Below are positions 7,613 through 18,900 of a DNA stretch of 32,000 bases, piece after piece. Within the stretch, counting starts at the first letter, position 1. Each line of letters begins with the position of its first letter. The position numbers were made by a program, and so were the translations under genes. The notes below the pieces were generated by a model, which had not been told where the DNA came from, did not search any database, and saw nothing but the letters and a program-made list of their open reading frames with translations. Where the stretch lies: assembly GCF_021655555.1 (NCBI RefSeq), contig NZ_AP023086.1, forward strand, positions 1,579,182 to 1,611,181, given 5' to 3'. Source of the stretch: Marinagarivorans cellulosilyticus. GTDB taxonomy: Bacteria; Pseudomonadota; Gammaproteobacteria; Pseudomonadales; Cellvibrionaceae.

Positions 7613-8569
7613 TTAAATAGGCTCCATGCTGCAACTACCTAATTTATTAAGGCCCGCTTTACAGCTGTTGAGTTGAAGGAACTTAGTCTTCATGTGTTCT
7701 AAAAACAGGCGGGCGTTCTTACTTAAAAAGCGTCTGTCATGGTAAACAGCGTAAACACTTCGTTCGGGGTGAATAGTATAGTTTCTCAATACTGGTATGA
7801 GTTTTTTTCTGCTTTCAATGCTGTGTTTGCAGTTTTCTACAGCGAAAGAGGGTAGACAAGCTAAGCCAAGCCCCTCTTCGGTGGCTTTGACTATTGTTCG
7901 GATATCGTTCATAAAGAATTTTCCGTTGGGCTTGATCGATTCGATATCCTTTGACTTGTTATGCTGAAACCCCCATTTCTCTTTGGCCGCTCTAAAAAAT
8001 AGACAGGTATGCGCATAAAGATCTTCCGGTTTTGAAATTGTGGGGTGCTTGGCTAGGTACTCTTCACTTCCAAATACGCAACTTTCAATATCCCATAGCT
8101 TAATTGCAACTAAGCTTGAATCGTCAAGCGGGCCGATTCTGAGGGCTAAATCAACGTCGTCCTTAACCAAGTCTTTTAATCGATTGTCACTGCATATATT
8201 CAGCTCAATGTCTCTGTGTTCTAGCTGAAATTCAATTATCCAATCTTTGAGCAGTTCTTGCGCCAAAAAAACAGGTGCTGTAATCGTTAGTTTGCCACCA
8301 GTTCCACAGGCAGAATCGGTGATGCACTGTATTGACTGTTCAATGGCATTTACATTTGTTGAGCAATGCTCAAATATCTTTAATCCAGCCTCGGTTGCCT
8401 TAAAGGTTCTTGGGTTACGGTTGATTAACTTAGTATCAAGAGCTTTTTCGAGCCGAAGTATTCTACGGCTTACCGTACTGGCGGGTAGATCTAATTTTTT
8501 AGCTGTATTAATAAAGTTGCCTTCTTCGATAACTTTAATGAATATAACCAAATCATCGTAACTCCACAT
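7613..8569 (-). CDS. LysR-family transcriptional regulator
   Basis: The N-terminal winged HTH is MWSYDDLVIFIKVIEEGNFINTAKKLDLPASTVSRRILRLEKALDTKLINR. The size is typical of a LysR protein with a substrate-binding domain. I prefer the ATG at 8569 (M8 of the track ORF 7613-8590) because it gives the canonical spacing to the HTH. Confidence 0.85.
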   Translation of the reverse strand: MWSYDDLVIFIKVIEEGNFINTAKKLDLPASTVSRRILRLEKALDTKLINRNPRTFKATEAGLKIFEHCSTNVNAIEQSIQCITDSACGTGGKLTITAPVFLAQELLKDWIIEFQLEHRDIELNICSDNRLKDLVKDDVDLALRIGPLDDSSLVAIKLWDIESCVFGSEEYLAKHPTISKPEDLYAHTCLFFRAAKEKWGFQHNKSKDIESIKPNGKFFMNDIRTIVKATEEGLGLACLPSFAVENCKHSIESRKKLIPVLRNYTIHPERSVYAVYHDRRFLSKNARLFLEHMKTKFLQLNSCKAGLNKLGSCSMEPI

Positions 8570-8625
8570 CGCACATATTCCGAGCAGCACTATATATCGC
8601 GCATTCTCGGCTTAAAATCCCAAAA

Positions 8626-8644
8626 ATGCAAATTTAATTTGCGA
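8626..8644. promoter_or_regulatory. Interrupted dyad aTGCAAA-tttaa-TTTGCga beside the LysR start (candidate LTTR autoregulatory box)
   Basis: Seen directly, 57-75 nt upstream of the LysR ATG. A near-identical dyad, aaTGCAAA-gttaa-TTTGCAtt, occurs at 2943-2963. Confidence 0.35.
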
Positions 8645-8993
8645 ATTTAAGCGTGTCTATTTAACTAAGTCAATTTAGGTGGGAGAGTTGTGGTCCAGTC
8701 AATCAGCTCCTGTGTTATTGTGGTTTAAGCTATAGATAGCATGATAAATAGAATTTTGATCTACATTAAGCTAGGGCATATTGAGGTGTTTAGGCGATAT
8801 GCGCACCATTGTTTAGTTGTGTGGGGTTTTTTCTATAGGTGAGCCTGTTTACTTATTTTACGGGGCAGAATGTGAGTTAGGCGTGCTACCTGTAGCGATG
8901 TGTCGTCCTACTTCGTGAATCCATTCGTTCGTCGGCGCGGCGCTTAACCTCCGTGGACGGAGGAAATGAAAGAAGTTTCCAGAAGCAACTTAT

Positions 8994-9043
8994 TTCCTCG
9001 CTCTCACAAAAAAATTACTATTTTTAGGGTGGCCCTTTAGATA
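8994..9043. repeat. Solo copy of the right end of the MITE-like element found at 21361-21563
   Basis: ttcctcgctctcacaaaaaaattactatttttagggtggccctttagata compared with 21515-21563 ttccttgctctcacaaaaaaattactatttttagaggtgcccttaggta. The first 34 nt match at 33 of 34 positions. Confidence 0.8.
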
Positions 9044-9606
9044 ATAAATAATTATGGCGTGATAATTTATATCTTGGCATTTAGAGTTTCTACGCAGATT
9101 AGTTGAGGCTATATATAATCGTTAATTGTAGTGGCGCTACCAAAATATAATTACAATTTCGTTTCAGCGATATGCTTTGAATATTGCCCAGAGTGTAAAC
9201 CTAGCGCTATACCACCGCATTTTTAGGAAATATCTAATGCAGGATGAAGCGCTGCATGCCTAAACTTACATCACAACCCCCAAATCTTACCGCAGGCCCA
9301 TCGAATACTTTATCTGGAATAATCAACAGCATTGCCAAAGTACACTGGTAGCTGTTTCCCTGGTGTAGGTATCTACTGGGGCGCGCTAACCCATAGAAAT
9401 TGAGCGCCGACCGCACTGAATAACATGTGATGCAAGTCCTCGGGTATATAGTTAAGGGCGGCCAGTGGTTAAAATACCGCCGATAGATGCGTACATAAAT
9501 CCGGTTGATTAAGACCAGAAGTGCTTGCATCAAGCGCCGTATAGCTCACCTCAAATGCCTGTGTTAAAAATTCGCTTTTACTTAAGTTGGAGTGATATAA
9601 ATAAGG

Positions 9607-9634
9607 TTGACACCTTTCGGTGCTCCTCTAAAAT
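9607..9634 (+). promoter_or_regulatory. Near-consensus sigma70 promoter facing the megasynthase gene
   Basis: TTGACA (9607-9612), a 16-nt spacer, then TAAAAT (9629-9634). It would give a leader of about 325 nt before ATG 9969. Confidence 0.4.
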
Positions 9635-9968
9635 ATCAACTCAACATTAATGTATTCACTAAATTGTAATCTCCCTCTTATAAATCACGCGTTAATCTCG
9701 TGGCGTGATATAGCCTTTCAAATTTGCAAATCTTAATTCCAATTTTCATCCTTTCAAAATAAACCATTCAAGCCTAGCATGCACAACCTGAAAATATAGG
9801 TGCGCTTTTTTATTGTGTGGTTATGTTCCAATTCTGCTTTCTATTTGTCGAAAAATAATTATTAGCGTTGTCGTTGTAATTAAGTCTGCGTGAAATATCT
9901 TTCAGTGCTTTATAGGTTTCTGATTGGTCTTGCTGCGGAGTTCTTTGAGTTAAGTATTGGGTGTGAGG

Positions 9969-12900
9969 ATGGATCATCAAAAGTTTAGCTGTTTAATAAT
10001 TGGCGGGACGAGTCTTTTAATTGAATGTGCCAATAAATGGATTGTAAATGGCCATGTAATTAAACTTGTAGTTACCGACGATAATGATGTAGAGCGTTGG
10101 GCAAAGGGTCATGATATCGAGGTGATCCGAAAAGGGTCTAGCGATTACCTCGATCGCGTCATGGGAATGAACTTCGATTATCTATTTAGTATCGTCAATT
10201 TAGATATTCTACCTAAGGCAATTATTAATGCCCCAGCTATTTTAGCGATTAATTATCATGACGGACCTTTGCCAAAGTATGGCGGAATTCACGCAACATC
10301 CTGGGCAATTGCGAACCAGGAACCTTCCCACGGAATATCTTGGCATGAAATGCTTATTGGCGTCGATGAGGGGAGAATTATTAATCAGCAAGTTTTCGAT
10401 ATTGAGGAAGGTGAAAGCGCCTTTACCTTGAATTTGAAGTGCTTTGAGTATGCCATAGAAGGATTTGACCAATTAGTAAGCTCTATTGAGGCAGGTAGCC
10501 TAGAATTAATAAGTCAGGATTTGAGTGAGAGAAGCTATGTTGGAAAATACAAACGACCAAAGCAGTTAGCTGTTATTGATTGGAATCGGCCCTCAAAAGA
10601 AATTGTTAGCTTCGTAAAAGCCCTCGACTTTGAACATGTTGAGAATCCCTTAGGTATTGCAAAAGTTCATATTAACAACCGCTTCTTCCAAGTGAAGGAG
10701 GCTCAGTCGACGGGCACGCGCTCCTCCGGCCGACCGGGAGTGGTGGAATCAATTGGCCCGAATTATGTAGAAGTAAGCACCACTACAGAAAGTGTAAAAC
10801 TAAGAGATTTTAAAACACTCTGTGGTCAAGAGCTTGATTTCAATTCGATTACCAATGAGCTAAAAGAAGGTGCCGATCTAAATTTCTATTGCTTTGATAA
10901 CGAGCAAACAATTTATGAAGAAAGCGCAAAAAGGGAGGTCTTCTGGGTGCGTAAGTACCAGGAGGCCGTGAAGGTCACTAAGAAAAAATCGGGCTTGCCA
11001 AAGGAGCCTTCGTATAGGGCATCCATTCCATTGACGGATTATGAAATGGATGCCCTTCAGAACAATTCGATTGCGGCGGTTATTTCTTTGCTTGGCGCGT
11101 TTATAGCCTGGAGCAGAAGAGGGCAGGGGTTTTGCGTTGGTTTGCGGTGTTCAGAATCTCCAGTTGAAGGGTATTTTTTTGATACCCACCCTTTAGTCAT
11201 GGAAGATGCTTCGGGTATGTCTTTTGAGGATATAGCAAGCAAAATTGAACTTCAGCTTAGGGAAATAACAAAAAATGAACATTGTCCCATTGATATATTC
11301 TCTCGCTATTCGTCTCTCAACTCTCAGAGCGTAAAAGGGAATTGTTACGAATATGATTTTATCGTCGATGTAAATGAAAGTATCGACTATGACAATGATT
11401 ACGTATTGGACGACCAAGTTCGCCTTAATCTTTCACTAGAAAATAATGAGTGGAACGTTATAGCTGGACCGAAATTCGATAAAGATCTACTAGAACGATT
11501 TACGAAATATTACAGTCTATTTTCGAGTTCTATCACCACGAAGCCTTCGGCAAAAAGAGAGGCGCTGTCTGGGTTAAGCCTCATTAGTGGGGCTCAAATA
11601 GCCGAAATCGACGGGCTAAACGATACTCGCGTTGCCATGCCGAATAAGAGTGTTTGTGAGATTATATTAGATAAAGCATCTGAAACACCAAATGCCATTG
11701 CTGTTATCTCCTCGAGTACGGAATATTCCTACCAACAATTGCAGGATCGAGTATCTGAAATTTCCGGCTGTTTAATAAGCCTTGGGATAAAATCGGGCGA
11801 TCGCATTGGTATCTTGCTCAATCGTTCGTTTGATATGGTCGCTGCGTTTATCGCGACAATGAAGGTTTCTGCAGTCTATGTTCCTTTAGACCCAATCTAT
11901 CCACCGGATAGGCTTCAACACATGATTGAAGACAGTGGGTTAAAGGTCTTAATTTCTGTAGAAAACATTCTGTCCAAACTTGAAAATTACAATGGCTCAT
12001 CCCTTTTACTGGATAAGGACATGTTTGGTGGGACGGATGATCTCGCTCAATTCCCAGGCATCGAAGACAGTGCGTACATTATTTACACGTCCGGTTCGAC
12101 GGGTAAGCCGAAAGGCGTAGAGATAAACCACAAGAGTCTAACCAATTTTATTTTATCAATGGCAGAGGAGCCAGGGCTCTCCAAGGACGACCATTTACTT
12201 TCCGTGACAACGGTTTGCTTCGATATTGCGGCTTTGGAGATATACCTTCCTCTAACGCAGGGTGCCACTTTGGAGCTCTGCACTGAAATGGAGGCTAAGG
12301 ATGGATTTGCTTTATTAGAGAAGCTAGAGCAAGGGCGTATTACGGCTCTACAAGCAACGCCAACTACTTGGGAAATGTTAATTGCAGCTGGTTGGGAAGG
12401 AAAAGAAAAAATAAAAGCCATGTGCGGTGGTGAGCCGCTAAGAAGAGAGTTAGCTCTGAAACTAATTCCAAGATGCTTCGAACTTTGGAATATGTATGGT
12501 CCAACTGAAACGACAATTTGGTCATCCATAAAGCTGATTAAAGATGCGGATGAGATTACAGTAGGGCGGCCGATTGCGAATACCACGATGTATGTCCTGG
12601 ATGAAAGTTTAAAACCCGTTTGGCCAGGGGAAAAAGGCGAATTGTTTATCGGGGGCGCTGGCGTTGCTGTCGGCTATTGGAACAGGGAAGAATTAACCAA
12701 AGAAAGATTTGTTAGCCAATCCATTTTTAATCGAAGCCCTGAGCGCCTATATAGAACAGGCGATGCTGCTAAATTATCGACCCATAATGAAGTTGTTTGT
12801 CTGGGGCGAATGGATAACCAGATTAAGCTCAATGGCTACCGAATAGAGCTGGGCGAAATTGAATCTACAATCGAATCTATCAGTGGTATAGAAAAATGCG

Positions 12901-15900
12901 TGGTGATTCTTTTTGAGTCGATGGGAGAATCTAAACTGCATGCATTTTTATTAATGGATGATGAAGGTAAGCAACCTAAAGTCAGCGAGTTATCGGCAAG
13001 CATCGCAACAAAACTGCCTGAGTACATGGTTCCAAGTGAGTATCAGTTTGTTTCTGAATTTTCTTTGACGCTGAATGGCAAAGTTGACCGCAAGGAATTA
13101 CTGAAGCGCTTAGATGACAGGCCACCTAAAACTACAGCAAAGGACAACTTGGATCTACCCCAGTCCAATTCAATTGCATATAAACAACTAGAACAAAACC
13201 TAGAGGATAATAAAGGTAGTACTGGTTCTGAAGCTGAGCTTAAACAAGCTGCTTGCGCGCGCTCAGTTACCGGTGCCTTATACGATTTGTTAGCTAATGA
13301 TCTAGAGAATATTGTTAAAGAATTAATTCACTTGGATGACATAGATCGCGATTTACCGTTTGGGCAATACGGTTTTAATTCGCTGGGCTTTACTAGATTC
13401 AGCGCTGAGATAAGAAATAGATACAATGTTCGCGTTAGTCCCGCAACCTTTTACAGTCACAGTAACCTCAACAAATTAGTCGACTTTTTAATCGATGGTA
13501 AGTATTCAGCTGAAATTAGCGAATACTACCGAGAGGTTTTGGTAGAAAATTACCGCGATGTCGAGGAACCTTTGTATAGCGGCGATCAGGACAGCGATGC
13601 CCAAAAAGGAAGTTCACAAAACTCGGGCGTCTCTGCCATGCCATTGGAGGATACAAAAGACGGCAAACATATCAATGGTTCATTTAATTCTAGAGAGCCG
13701 ATAGCGGTCATTGGAATGTCTGTAAAAATGCCGCAAGCCGATAACCTAGATGAATATTGGGAAAACTTGATCAGCAGGAAGGATTGTGTCACTCATATCC
13801 CGGAGTCACGATGGGACTGGAAGAACACGGATTTTGAGCAACGAAGCGAAAACCCCTATAAGTGGGGTGGATTTATTCCTCATGCGGCAAGTTTTGATGC
13901 TTCGTTTTTCAAAATATCACCGAGAGAAGCGGAGCTTATGGATCCGCAGCAGCGCCTATTTTTACAAGCTTCCTATCATGCAATAGAAGATGCCGGTTAT
14001 TGCCCGGACGAACTCAACGGAAGTGATACGGGCGTTTATGTTGGCGTCGTTACCTCTGACTATTGGGATCTTATCCAAAGAGAAGACATAAGCCCTGATG
14101 GCTATACCATTTCCGGGAACATTAATTGTGTCATCGCGAATCGTATTTCCTATCATTTTAATTTTACAGGGCCTAGCTCGGTAATCGATACGGCCTGCTC
14201 GAGCTCCCTTGTTGCCCTGCATAGGGCAGTGCAAGCGATGCGAAGCGGGGAGTGTTCGCAAGCGGTTGTCGGTGGCGTCAACATCATCGCCAGCCCGTAT
14301 ATTCACCATTCTTTTAGCAAAAACGGAATGCTCAGTAAAGATGGTCGTTGCATGTCCTTCGATCATCGGGCGAATGGATATGTGCGCAGCGAAGGTATTG
14401 CAGCTGTCATATTAAAGCCCTTATCAGCTGCCGAGCGCGATGGCGACAAAATTTATGGAACCATACTAGGTACCGCCGAAAACCACGGAGGAAAGGCTAA
14501 TTCCTTGAGTGCGCCAAGCGGAGAGGCTCAATCTCAGCTTATACAAAAAGCGATCAAAAATGCTAACGTCGACCCGAATACCATTAGTTACATTGAAGCG
14601 CATGGCTCGGGTACACCACTAGGTGACCCCATTGAAATTGCCGGTATTCAAAACGCTTATGAGTCATTGGGTGTCGATTCAGATCACCAGGATGAAATTT
14701 GCGGAATCGGTTCTGTTAAATCGAATGTTGGTCATTTGGAGGCGGTAGCCGGTTTGGCCGGCCTGGTCAAAGTTCTACTATCGTTAAAAAACGAAGTCAT
14801 CCCTGGTATGCCAAATTATGAGGCGAAAAATCCTCACATTGATTTGAATGAAAACTTATTTCAATTTGTAAGCCGGCCTAGAGAATGGAAAAGAAAAAGT
14901 GGCGTAGGTAACGGTGCAGGTCGTAGAGCTGGTGTTAGCTCGTTCGGTTTCGGTGGTGTTAATGCCCACGTGATAGTGGAGGAGTATCAGGCGCGAGATG
15001 AATCGCAATCCGGCAATCGCGCGAATGCATTGCTAATTTCGGCGCCAAATAAAGATAAATTGGAAAGGCTCGTTCAGCAATACTTGGTACATACCTTAAG
15101 TGATGGGGGAAATACCTGGGAGGAGATTTGCTATACGAGTCAAGTTGGCCGGCAGCACTTTGATGAGCGTTTGATTGTTTGCGCGGCTTCCAAGCAGCAG
15201 GCAAAAAACGCGCTAGAAAAGCATGTTGATCGTTGGGGCTCGGCTAATGAAGTTCTTTCTGGAAATGTTCGTGAGCAAAAAGAAATACTGGATAAGCTAT
15301 TCTCTAATATCGGCAATACAAGCATTGTTAAAACGCTGATAGAACAAAAACAATTTAATAGCATTGCCCAGTTTTGGTTGGCAGGGAGTGAGGTAAATTG
15401 GCGCGCGCTGTATGAAGCTGCGAAGATTAAACGTGCATCCTTGCCGCTACATCCATTTGCGCAGACGACATTTTGGTTACCGAATAAGAGTACGCATTTA
15501 TTTGAGGCCGAGCTTCAAAACGCTATTAGAGAAAATAGCCATTTAGATCACCCATTTTATGACAGCCTCGCCGCTTCTTGTGGCAACCTAATATTCTCCC
15601 TAGATCCGAAAGACCCTATTGTCGGTGACCATATTGTCGACAGCAAAGTCATTTTCCCCGCCGTTGGATATTTGGAGTTTGCTAGGCTCGCTGGGGATCA
15701 ATTTAATCGAGAAAATTTAAATCTACCGGTTGTAAAACTAAAAAACAATGTGTGGTTTCACGCACTAGATGTGGGCTTTCACGAAAGTAACAAGAAGCTT
15801 TCAATACGCTTAGAAAACCGTAAATCCAAAGTGGTATACACAATCGAATCGATGTCTGAGCTGTCAAGCGGACAAGTTCATGCTCGTGGAGAAATTGAAT

Positions 15901-18900
15901 ACGGCGAAAAACCAAGTGGCCTAGTGGTAACAATTGATATTAATGATATTAGAAAACGCTGCAATCTGAAGCTGGAAAGAAAAGCGGTTTATGATCTTTT
16001 CTCGCAATTAAAGTTTGAGTACAAAACCGGCTATATGCCCCTTGAAGAGGTGTACTTGAATGACAAGGAAGCGCTATCTCGAATAACCCTTCCCGAGAAG
16101 TTCGAAAATAAAGAGTCAATAGTATTACACCCCTCTCTGCTGGAAGGAGGAATTCAAACAGTGATTGGGATTCTTTCTCATCCCAGCCACGACTCGAGTA
16201 GTGCGTACTTACCGTTTTCGATGAGCTCGATAACCATTAATGAGAAATTGTCGTCAGAGTGTTATATCCATGCCAAGCTGGTGAGTGATGAACTTAGCGA
16301 GCGAAGAGGGGTAAGGACATTTGATATAGATATTTATGATATCAGTGGAACACTACTCGTAAAAATTGAAGGGTACTCACTAAAAACGCTAAACGCACTA
16401 GCGGACAACGGTAATCAAACATCTCCGAGTGCATCAAATGTATTCCACTGTTTTAAGAAAACGTGGGCGCAAGAGCCGCTATCACCAATCGAGGGGTTCC
16501 ACTTTGAAACAATTTTGCTGTTTAGCAATGAGCAAGAGAGCGTCGATTTAATTCAGGCCCACATTGGGACTGATATTCGAGTGATCCAAGTTATGGAAGG
16601 CGATCGCTTTACAGAGTTGTCACCGAGCAAGTTTGTATCTAAAGGAGACAAGGAGAGCTTGTCAATATTGCTGGAACAAATTGGCGAGCCTTTAGATGCG
16701 ATAATATATGGGTGGGGCCACGAACGCGGAGCGACAGACGAAAGCAACGTAAACGAGCATATTGAACAAACAATTATTCCGCTCTTTAATTTATGCTCTA
16801 TTCTTTCAAACCCGATCTATAAAGGTATTAATCTTCGGTTGTTATGTTTGGCACATATTGACCACGGTGAAATTAACCCCGTACAAATGGGAATGGGAGG
16901 GCTTTTAAGATCGCTCTACCAAGAAACACGAGCATTGAAAGGCTCCTTGGTTTGTTTGGAAGCTTTGTCTGAGAATAATGTTAAGCCGCTGATAGCTGAA
17001 ATCGCTGCAGATCAATGTTATTCGGAGATCAAAATACAAGATGGTTCTAGGCAGGTTTTAAACTACAAAGCCAAATCAGTTCCAGTATTCATTGAAGAGA
17101 ATAAATTTCCCGTCAAACCACATGCAATATATTTGGTAACTGGTGGTACGGGTGCAATTGGTAGAAAAATTATCGAGCATCTGCATTCAATTGCAGGAGC
17201 TAAATTCATCGTTATCGGTCGTCGCCCTCTATCATCTGACGTTAAACTGGCGTGGAATAATAAGGGTGTTAATTATCAGTATCACAGTGCTGATTTAAAC
17301 CGCTTTGATCAGATTCAATCGATAATTCAGGGGTTGGGTGTTGATGCAAGTAAAATTAAAGGAGTAATTCATTGCGCGGGTAGCATTGATGATGGGCTAC
17401 TTTCCAAAAAATCGAGTGACCAAATTTATTCAGTCATCCAAGCTAAAGCTGTCGGGTTGTATACCCTCGATATACTAACCAAAAATATCCAGCTGGATTT
17501 TTTCTGCTGCTTCTCATCGATATCTTCGGTGATGGGGAATATGGGGCAGACGGATTATGGCTATGCCAATGCAGTAATCGATCAATTTGTAGAAAACAGA
17601 TCCCAGCAGTTTGAAAAAGGTGAGCGCAGTGGAGTTTCACTGAGTATTAACTGGCCTCTCTGGCTCGACGGTGGTATGCAAGCTGATGAGGTCGCGACAA
17701 ACTACTTCAAAAAGTCTACCGGAATACACCCAATAACCACGGAGACAGGCATGTCTATGCTAGCTTACGCGGTAAATAAAGAGAGCGGCCAAGTTATTTT
17801 AAGTGCAGGGGACGATAAGAAAATACTCGGTGCGATGAGTTTACGTTCAAGCATTCAAAATAAAAGCAAGCACAAGCCAAAATCAGAAGTTTTACTTAAA
17901 TCTGTAAAGGCGCCACTTTCTTGCGCAAGCGCCATGGACCAATCGAAAGCTAACTTATCTCAAACGGTTGTTGAAGAACTGATTACTATTTCTGAAGGTA
18001 TTCTAAAAGTTGATTCTGGGTCCATAACTCAAGATACACGTTTAGCTGATGCGGGCTTTGATTCGATAAGTAATACGGAATTAACCACTGCAATCAATGA
18101 TTTATACTCGGTTGATGTCACACCCATCATATTCTTTGAGTACGAAACCTTGGGCGAGGTCACAGAGTTTTTATTAAAGGAATATAGGGATAGCATCGTC
18201 GAACATTGTGGCGAACAGCCCAGCGCGGTCGATAATATTATTCTAGAAGCAACCGATAGTGAGCAGATAGGGGCTTCGGCTCATTCTTTAAGAGAGAATG
18301 GCGAAGCCCTCAAAGATCTTGTTATTGATGAGTTAAAAAGTTTATCCGCTGCGATTTTAAAAATTGGTAAAGAGCAAATATCGGCAGATGAAAAAATGGC
18401 AGACTTGGGCTTTGATTCCATATCCAATACGGAATTGAGCACTGCAATTAACGATGTCTTCGATGTGGATATGACCCCAGTCGTGTTTTTTGAGTGCGAT
18501 ACTCTCGCTGAGGTGAGTGAGCACTTGATTGATGAGTACAGCGAGAGTTTAGAGCGTTATGCGGATGAAAAAGGCCTTAGTCAGCAGGTAGAGCATAGCG
18601 AAAAGGTAAGTACACCCATTATAGCAAGTGAGAAAGAAAGCCTAAGTTCTAGTGAAGCGCCAAGCCCAGAGGCCAGCCGCCAAGATGGAAATGTTGCTTC
18701 AAAAAATATTACAACGAGTGATATTGCCATCGTTGGAATGCAAGCGGCACTGCCGGGCTCCAATGGGCTAGATGATTTTTGGGAAAAATTGTTGAGCGGA
18801 ACAGATTTTGTGGGCGAGATCCCTGAAAATCGCTGGTCCTGGCAAGAGGTGTATGGAGAAGCTGGGCCGGAAGGTAAAACTCGATCCAAATGGGGGGCCT

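Noticed and set aside
9181-9600. Possible second decayed gene on the minus strand. One frame reads ...LSKSEFLTQAFEVSYTALDASTSGLNQPDLCTHLSAVF*PLAALNYIPEDLHHMLFSAVGAQFLWVSAPQ*IPTPGKQLPVYFGNAVDYSR*...
   Set aside because: The composition is protein-like and the pattern of stops within one frame matches the glutaminase relic. However, I cannot assign it to any family from memory, so it stays unsupported. A blastx would decide. The track ORF 9234-9533 (-) is in a different frame and looks non-coding.
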